NCBI GenBank assembly: GCA_004431415.1
Contig: QPMI01000435.1
Span: 62,001-126,000 of the forward strand
DNA length: 64,000 nucleotides
Source of the DNA: Cyanophora paradoxa CCMP329
Taxonomy: Eukaryota > Plantae > Glaucophyta
Direction: 5' to 3'
Part shown: piece by piece, positions 56,054 through 64,000 of the stretch
Numbering within the stretch: position 1 is the stretch's first letter
Layout: every line of letters begins with the position of its first letter
Notes under the pieces: generated by a model
Seen by the model: only the letters and a program-made list of their open reading frames with translations
The model's database searches: none
What the model was told of the DNA's origin: nothing
Program-made: the position numbers and the translations under genes

Positions 56054-59000
56054 GCTTAAGTTTATAATCAGGTCGTCCTGCTCAGCGGGCTTAGACTCGT
56101 TGATGCGGACGGACCACGTGTATATGGGCCTGATAAGGTGCGCTGCAGGACGCCCTGTGTCCTGGCTTCTTCTCCGGGTTGCCCACACGAGCACAGGTGG
56201 CCAAGGCCGAGCCATGTGGTTGCAGATGCCAGCCGCCAGCTGAAGGAGATCGAGCTCAGACTCGAGTGTATGCACGGGATCCTCGGTGGCATAGGCATCG
56301 TCTGTGGCTCTCACATTCTCGTGCGCTGCGCTTCTGTTGATAGTCGATGAGGTGCGCCTCGTCTCAGTTAGCTCTGGGGCTAGGCTCAGCGTGGCTCGCA
56401 GGCTACGGGTCAAGTTCGGCTCAGCGGGGCCTGCGGGGGCTCTGCAAGGGCTCCTGGCTCGCCCGGCCTCAGCCACGGGCGAGGTGAGCGCCGCCCTGGG
56501 CAGTTCCGGGTTCATAATCAGGGACAAGGTCGGCGTCGCTGTGATTAGCTCCGGGGCCGGGCTGAGCTGCGCGCAGAGGTCGAGGGCCTCGGCCGGCGGG
56601 ATGGGGGCGGCGGGGGCGGCACGAGGGCCCCGCGCGGGTTCTTCTTCGGCCAGGCTCGAGTTGGGCGTCGCCGCGGGCGGCCCCGAGGCCGGGCTGAGCC
56701 GCGCGCAGGGGTCGAGGGCCTCGGCCGGCGGGACAGGGGCGGCGGGGGCGGGACGAGGGCCCCGGGCGGGCTCTTCCTTGGCCAAGCTCGAGGTGGGTGC
56801 CGCCGCGGGCGGCCCGGAGGCCGGGCTGAGCCGCGCGCAGGGGTTGAGGGACTCGGCTGGCGGGACGGGGGCGGCGGGGGCGGCATGAGGGCCCCGGGCG
56901 GGTTCTTCCTCGGCCAGGCTCGAGGTGGGTGCCGCCGCGGGTGGCCCCGAGGCCGGGCTGAGCCGCGCGCAGGGGTCGAGGGGCTCGGCTGGCGGGACAG
57001 GGGCGGCGGGGGCGGGACGAGGGCCCCAGGCGGGCTCTTCCTCGGCCAAGCTCGAGGTGGGTGCCGCCGCGGGCGGCCCGGAGGCCGGGCTGAGCCGCGC
57101 GCAGGGGTCGAGGGGCTCCGCTGGCGGGACAGGGGCGGCGGGGGCGGCATGAGGGCCCCGGGCGGGTTCTTCCTCGGCCAGGCTCGAGGTGGGCGTCGCC
57201 ACGGGCGGCCCCGAGGCCGGGCTGAGCTGCGCGCAGAGGTCGAGGGCCTCGGCCGGCGGGATGGGGGCGGCGGGGGCGGCACGAGGGCCCCGCGCGGGTT
57301 CTTCTTCGGCCAGGCTCGAGTTGGGCGTCGCCGCGGGCGGCCCCGAGGCCGGGCTGAGCCGCGCGCAGGGGTCGAGGGCCTCGGCCGGCGGGACAGGGGC
57401 GGCGGGGCGGGACGAGGGCCCGGGCGGGCTCTTCCTTGGCCAAGCTCGAGGTGGGTGCCGCCGCGGGCGGCCCGGAGGCCGGGCTGAGCCGCGCGCAGGG
57501 GTTGAGGGACTCGGCTGGCGGGACGGGGGCGGCGGGGGCGGCATGAGGGCCCCGGGCGGGTTCTTCCTCGGCCAGGCTCGAGGTGGGTGCCGCCGCGGGT
57601 GGCCCCGAGGCCGGGCTGAGCCGCTCAACGTTGCGGGGGCGCGGAGTGGCCCCAAGTTCCGCTTCAGCGCCAAGTCGGCGGTATAGCTCGCCCCAGTTAG
57701 ACCCCGTCACCGTTGCACGCTGGCCTAGTTCCCGGTTGCCCGCCTTTCGTCGCTTCCCGCGAGCTTGTGAGATGTAATTCAATTCAATCAAGGAGAGGTT
57801 CAGGAGGTCGGGCGGGGCAGCTATGCCTACGGAAGCGAGCGGGGCGCCAGTAGGCTCTATATCTGCCGAGGCTGGGGAGACATTCAGGAGGTCGAGCGGG
57901 GCGTCTGTGCCTGCGAAAGCGGGCGGGGCTCCAGGAGGCTCTGCCGCGGGAGTTGGCTGCGTGCAGGCTGCATCATCGGGGCTGCGAGGGACCCGTACCG
58001 TGATCGGGTTCAGTCGTCGTCGTTGCGCAAGGAGACCCGCTTCGGCTCCCGGAGCAGCGGAACATCTTGCTTCTGGGCCCGCCGAGACTGTGATCGCAAG
58101 CGGAGTAAGCACGGGGGAGAAGTCAGAGGCAGTGCCGGGAGGGCGAGCCTTGGGGCAGTCGCGCTCGGGGTGGAACCAGGTTGCGACGTCGGTGGGGTCC
58201 GTCCGGCGGCAGAGGAAGCAGATCGAGCCCATAGCCGCCTGGAAGGAGAGGCGGACGAAACCGAGCGTGTCCGCCTCGAGGGTGCCCCGGGCGCCTGGCT
58301 CCCAGGTGTGGGGCGGCTTGGCCTGGCGCTTTGATGAGCTTGGGGGGGTCGCGGCCAGCTTGCGCTCCTTGCGCTTCTGGGCCGAAGACCCCGCCGCGGG
58401 GGTCAGAGGCGGGGAGGCGCTAGCCGGCTTGGTCGGCGACGAAATGGCCATGCTCTCGAGGTCCATCGGCGTGGCATCGTCAGCGCGGCGCTCCTCGTCG
58501 GTGAGCTGCTGGCCGTAGAAGACGTAGCCCAGCATTTCCGTGTTATTCTGCGACGTCATGGTCATTGGCTGCTGCGGGCGGTGGTGGGGGCGTGGCGCCG
58601 GCGGGCAGGGCGGACCCAGGGGAAGAGAGAGCGGATGATAGCCAGGCATCGCTCGCCCGCGCGGGGGCCCACTGTCGGGGTGAAGAAGACACTGACGCCT
58701 CCCGGGAGGCGGTGGAGCAGTCCCGTTACGACTCCCACTTGGAGCGCGCAGCGCCAGGGCGCCAGTGCGTCGAGCTGGTTCGGGCGGGAGAGGAAGACGC
58801 CCTGGACGTATATCTGAGTAGAGGGAAGCAGAGTTAGTGTTCAGCAGGGTGTGGGTTGGGTCCGGGCGAACCGAGAATCCGACGGCAGCAAAGCGAAGGC
58901 AGAGTTCTTCGTATCGGGATTCCAGATACTTGAAGGCGTCCTCTGGGGTGAGCTGGGCAAGAGCGGAGCAGCTGAAGATGGGGCCGGGTGCGGCGGTCAT

Positions 59001-62000
59001 AGCCACCAGCTCGACCGTGTTGTCCCTGAGTACGGCGAGGTTTGCGAGCGGCAGTACGGCGATGGGGAAGCCGAGGACGGAGCGGGGAGACAGGAGTCGG
59101 CAGCCCGACTCTGTCAGGGAGCTGGTGCCGCGAACCGCCGCGGCTGCCGCCGGGCTGATTGCCGCGAGGTAGGTCGGGCCGAGAGCCGAGTGGACTCGGA
59201 GGGCGAAGCCTTCGAACTCGTCAAGGACCTCCGTGACTGAGTTGCGCTGCATCGCGTTCCTGATGACGCGGAGGAACTCTCCTGCTGCCACGGGGGGGGG
59301 CAGCAGTTCCTGGGCTCCGTTCCAGGCCGCAATCTGAAGGCAAAAGTGAGTATGATCTTCCTGAGCGCGTGTGAGGGGAGGAAGTTGATTGTGCACGAAC
59401 CGCGATGATGTTTTCGCCCGGCCAGTAGATAATGTCGAGGTGCGGGAGCTGGCGCCACAGTCCCCGAACGGGCTTGTTGGGCTGGTCCGCTTTTCCGACC
59501 AGACGTTCTTTGAGGCGGGCCACCACCTCCATGTCGAGTCGAAGGGGGAGGTTCTGGAGCTCCGGGATTTCTTCTTTCTAAGAAGCGCCTTGCGTTCATC
59601 AGGTGATGCAGTGAGGCGCCGGGTATTGGGCGAGAGACTGACCTGAACCGCGAAGGTGTAGCAGCTGGGGTGACGGCTCATCTCCGTCTTCGGCTCGAGC
59701 GAAGCGAGGGGGAAAACGCGGGCCGCTTGCTCCGGGATCTTGAACGGTGGCGTCGGGACTGCCTCGACATCGGGGTTCTCCGGATCGGGGCCCGGGACCT
59801 TGATCGGGCCGTCTCCAAGATCGATGCCTTCCAGGTACTCGATCATCGATGCTGTGGTGTCGTGAGCGGCTTCGCTCATAGCTTTCCCGAACTGCGTGGG
59901 GACATTCTTCTTCCCCTGTAGCTGCCGCTGGTCTAGCGTGAAGCGATTGACCACTGGATGTATGGATATGGGCAGGAAAAGGATGCAGTAACGGCGAACT
60001 TTTGTGCTTTTCGCGAGCGAGGCCGATCGGACGACTTGCAATGCCTCCGAGGGCAGCTGGCGGAAGTGGCCGACCTGGATTCCCAGGCTGAAGCCACGGA
60101 TTGACTGTGCGTCTGTCAGCTCCTTAGTCGCTGCTGCCGCGCCCGTGCCGATGGACGGCTCCTGGACGCCAGTGAGAATCTTTTTCTCGAGTTCCTTGAT
60201 TGCTGCTGGAACTTTGTACTGGACAGAGCTCGCGTGGGCCAGTTGGCCCAGGGAGACCGCTGTAGCTGAGGCCAAGGCGGCCATTGTTTTATGGAGTTGG
60301 CGTTGCGATCGCGAGGTGGCGATCGGCGTACCCTGACCCTGACTCTTACTACCCCCTCCCAGCTCCGCATGATAGGCGGTACTATTGTTGTTCATCAAGT
60401 AGGGCCACTGCTGGTGCCCTAACAGGGGGCGTTCCGGCCTGATATCTACGGCCGCAGATGGCGCAGTCACTATATGCAGTAGGGCGGGCGGCGGAGTCGA
60501 GGCCTGCTCGCAGTCTGCAGCGGCCGGGGCCGCTGGCCTTAAAGGAGAGGGGAGCGCCGCGTCGGCGGCTGCCGCTGTGCGGGGGGGTACGACACCGCGA
60601 GGCCGGGGGGTACCCGAGAGCGATGCGGGGCGCGGGGCGGGTGCCTCAGGCGGCGGGGTCACGTCTGCAGCGGCCGGGGTCGCTGGCCTTGAAGGGGAGG
60701 GGGACGTCGCGGCGGCCGCTGCCGCGGCGGGGGGTATGACACCGCGAGAGAGGGCCCCGTGGCGGGCTCCCGGTAGGAGTGCCGCCGGGGGGGTACGCGG
60801 GGCGGGGGCGGCGAGTGGAGGGAGGGCTTCGGGCGCCGCTGACGGCGATAGGGCGCGTCCCCGTTCGCCGATCGACGCCGAGTCCTGCGGCGGGGATACA
60901 GCTTCCGGGGCGGGCGAGGGCTGGGGGGTACCCGAGAGCGCGACGGGGCTCGGAGCAGAAGCCTCGGGCGGCGGAGTCGCGTCTGCAGCGGCCGGGGTCG
61001 CTGGCCTTGAAGGGGAGGGGGACGTCGCGGCGGCCGCTGCCGCGGCGGGGGGTATGACACCGCGAGAGGGGGGCCCGTGGCGGGCTCCCGGCAGGAGTGC
61101 CGCCGGGGGGGCACGCGGGGCGGGGGCGGCGAGCGGAGGGAGGGCGTCGTGCGCCGCTGACGGCGATAGGGCGCGTCCCCGTTCGCCGATCGACGCCGAG
61201 TCCTGCTGTGGGGGTACAGCTTCCGGGGCGGGCGAGGGCTGGGGGGTACCCGAGAGCGCAGCGGGGCTCGGAGCAGAAGCCTCGGGCGGCGGGGTCACGT
61301 CTGCAGCGGCCGGGGTCGCTGGCCTTGAAGGGGAGGGGGACGTCGCGGCGGCCGCTGCCGCGGCGGGGGGTACGACACCGCAAGAGGGGACGTCGTAGCG
61401 GGCTCCCGGCAGGAGTGCCGCCGGGGGGGTACGCGGGGCGGGGGCGGCGAGCGGAGGGAGGGCGTCGGGCGCCGCTGACGGCGATAGGGCGCGTCCCCGT
61501 TCGCCGATCGACGCAGAGTCCTGCTGTGGGGGTACAGCTTCCGGGGCGGGCGAGGGCTGGGAGGTACCCGAGAGCGCGACGGGGCTCGGAGCAGAAGCTT
61601 CGGGCGGCGGAGTCGCGTCTGCAGCGGCCGGGGCCACTGGCCTAGAAGGAGAGGGGGGCGCCGCGGCGGCCGCCGTCGCGGCGGGGGGTACGACACCGCA
61701 AGAGGGGACGTCGTAGCGGGCTTCCGGCAGGAGTGCCACCGGGGGGGTAGGCAGGGCGGGGGCGGCGAGCGGAGGGAAAACAAGAGCGGCGACGGGCGCC
61801 GTTGGCAGCGCCAGAGCACGTCTCACATCGCCGATCACCGCCGAGTGCTGCGGCGGGCGTGTAGCTTCCGGGGCGAGCGAGGCCGGGGGTACCCGAGAGC
61901 GATGCGGGGCGCGGGGCGGGTGCCTCAGGCGGCGGGGTCACGTCTGCAGCGGCCGGGTCGCTGGCCTTGAAGGGGAGGGGACGTCGCGGCGGCCGCTGCC

Positions 62001-63998
62001 GCGGCGGGGGTGCGACACGCGAGAGGGGCCCCGTGGCGGGCTCCGAGAAGGAGCGCCGCCGGGGGGTACGCAGGGCGGGGCGGCGAGCGGGGGGCGGGCG
62101 TCGGGCGCTGCTGGCGGCGATAGGGCGCGTCTCCGTTCGCCGATCGACGCCGAGTCCTGCTGTGGGAGTACAGCTTCCGGGGCGGGCGAGAGCTGGGGGG
62201 TACCCGAGAGCGCGACGAGGCTCAGAGCAGAAGCCTCGGGCGGCGGAGTCGCGTCTGCAGCGGCCGGGGCCACTGGCCTAGAAGGAGAGGGGGGCGCCGC
62301 GGCGGCCGCCGTCGCGGCGGGGGGTACGACACCGCAAGAGGGGGCGTTGTGGCAGTCTCCCGGCAGGAGTGCCGCCGGGGGGGTACGCGGGGCGGGGGCG
62401 GCGAGCGGAGGGAGGGCGTCGGGCGCCGCTGACGGCGATAGGGCGCGTCCCCGTTCGCCGATCGACGCCGAGTCCTGCGGTGGGGGTACAGCTTCCGGGG
62501 CGGGCGAGGGCTGGGGGGTACCCGAGAGCGCGACGAGGCTCAGAGCAGAAGCCTCGGGCGGCGGAGTCGCGTCTGCAGCGGCCGGGGCCACTGGCCTAGA
62601 AGGAGAGGGGGGCGCCGCGGCGGCCGCCGTCGTGGCGGGGGGTACGACACCGCAAGAGGGGACGTCGTAGCGGGCTCCCGGCAGGAGTGCCACCGGGGGG
62701 GTACGCAGGGCGGGGGCGGCGAGCGGAGGGAAAACAAGAGCGGCGACGGGCGCCGTTGGCAGCGCCAGAGCACGTCTCACATCGCCGATCACCGCCGAGT
62801 GCTGCGGCGGGCGTGTAGCTTCCGGGGCGAGCGAGGGCCGGGGGTACCCGAGAGCGATGCGGGGCGCGGGCGGGTGCCTCAGGCGGCGGGTCACGTCTGC
62901 AGCGGCCGGGGTCGCTGGCCTTGAAGGGGAGGGGGACGTCGCGGCGGCCGCTGCCGCGGCGGGGGGTGCGACACCGCGAGAGGGGGCCCCGTGGCGGGCT
63001 CCGAGAAGGAGCGCCGCCGGGGGGGTACGCAGGGCGGGGGCGGCGAGCGGGGGGCGGGCGTCGGGCGCTGCTGGCGGCGATAGGGCGCGTCTCCGTTCGC
63101 CGATCGACGCCGAGTCCTGCTGTGGGAGTACAGCTTCCGGGGCGGGCGAGAGCTGGGGGGTACCCGAGAGCGCGACGAGGCTCAGAGCAGAAGCCTCGGG
63201 CGGCGGAGTCGCGTCTGCAGCGGCCGGGGCCACTGGCCTAGAAGGAGAGGGGGGCGCCGCGGCGGCCGCCGTCGCGGCGGGGGGTACGACACCGCAAGAG
63301 GGGGCGTTGTGGCAGTCTCCCGGCAGGAGTGCCGCCGGGGGGGCACGCGGGGCGGGGGCGGCGAGCGGAGGGCGGGCGTCGGGCGCCGCTGGCGGCGATA
63401 GGGCGCGTCTCCGTGCGCCGATCGACGCCGAGTCCTGCGGCGGGGATACAGCTTCCGGGGCGGGCGAGGGCTGGGGGGTACCCGAGAGCGCGACGGGGCT
63501 CGGAGCAGAAGCCTCGGGCGGCGGAGTCGCGTCTGCAGCGGCCGGGGCCACTGGCCTAGAGGGAGAGGGGGTCGTCGCGGCGGCCGCCGTCGCGGCGGGG
63601 GGTACGACACTGCAAGAGGGGGCGTCGTGGCAGTCTTCCGGCAGGAGTGCCGCCAGGGGGGTACGCGGGGCGGGGGCGGCGAGCGGAGGGAGGGCGTCGT
63701 GCGCCGCTGACGGCGTCGGGGCACGGCTTGGATCGCTGATCGGCGCCGAGTCCTGCGGCTGGGGTACAGTTTCCGGGGCGAGCAAGGGCCGGGGGGTACC
63801 CGGGAGCGCGGCGGGGCGCGGGGCGAAGGCCTCGGACGGCGGCGTCTGCATGGGGACCGGCATGGAGCAGGGGCTTGCGCCCTCTGTGGCGCTCTGCGCA
63901 AGAAAAGCAGTCCAGGGAAGGGGCGGGGGAGGTGTGACTGGCGAGGGGGGCGGGGACAGGCCAGCGGCGATTGGGACACCGAGCGCGAAGACAAAGCA
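56054..63998 (-). CDS. Retrotransposon polyprotein 5' part (ORFs 55949-57673, 56469-61838 and 61938-63863; open to the window edge) with a CCHC knuckle
   Basis: CFLCRRTDPTDVATWFHPERDC at ~58155-58225; frame changes fall in G/C runs inside repeats; joins in frame to the APE-RT ORF after transposon excision. Confidence 0.65.
56540..57625 (-). repeat. About 8 copies of a 132-bp (44-aa) coding repeat ARLSPASGPPAAAPTSSLAEEEPARGPHAAPAAPVPPAEPLDPC
   Basis: Read from sequence and translation. Confidence 0.88.
58562..60284 (-). CDS. Nested five-exon gene (491 aa if spliced, unknown function) inside the long ORF
   Basis: AAAACAATGG start; GT-AG introns at 59916-59999, 59578-59642, 59361-59400 and 58814-58871 (the last with a CACTAAC branch point); spliced length 1476 nt = 492 codons ending in TGA. 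Confidence 0.65.
60490..63850 (-). repeat. About 10-11 copies of a ~318-bp (106-aa) Pro/Ala-rich coding repeat with a ~960-bp higher-order period
   Basis: Equivalent positions at 60779/61097 and 62369/63329. Confidence 0.88.
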
Positions 63999-64000
63999 TA

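Larger units (their letters stand above)
29440..64000 (-). mobile_element. Giant APE-type non-LTR retrotransposon (about 27 kb or more excluding the nested transposon; 5' end outside the window, 3' end not defined)
   Basis: APE-RT-RNase H-CCHC domain order; ORF continuity restored across the 48530-56046 insertion; related 132-bp repeats on both sides of the insertion. The APE-RT core is certain; inclusion of the far 5' part is less so. Confidence 0.75.

Noticed and set aside
1-64000. tRNA/rRNA genes and host species assignment
   Set aside because: No structural RNA recognised; GC content and intron style suggest a protist or alga but do not identify it.

Overview
Eukaryotic nuclear DNA from a GC-rich host with short (40-85 nt) GT/GC-AG spliceosomal introns, made up almost entirely of nested or adjacent mobile elements. 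(1) 1-3779: right end of an endogenous Polinton-like virus (PLV-A). (2) 4679-27584: a related 22.9-kb Polinton-like virus (PLV-B) bounded by 561-bp TIRs and a 6-bp TSD (TGGGCC). It encodes an rve integrase, a protease-like/pPolB/SF1-helicase/HNH fusion, an A32 packaging ATPase, a 5'-truncated major capsid protein, penton(s), a patatin-discoidin protein and two large fibre proteins. Both viruses carry a stand-alone S-adenosylmethionine decarboxylase. (3) ~29400 to beyond 64000, minus strand: a giant non-LTR retrotransposon. After removing a nested transposon and correcting a few probable indel errors it reads as one ORF of about 9,000 codons or more: Pro/Ala repeat arrays, CCHC knuckle, transmembrane segments, APE, RT, an RNase H split by two Ulp1-like protease domains, and Zn fingers. 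It contains at least one complete intron-bearing gene that the long ORF reads through. (4) 48530-56046: a 7.5-kb intron-rich IS3EU-like DDE DNA transposon inserted in that ORF (TSD (A)CGCGTAC). Many genes are broken by single-base losses in homopolymers, most likely long-read assembly errors. All assignments come from motif recognition by eye; no database searches were run.
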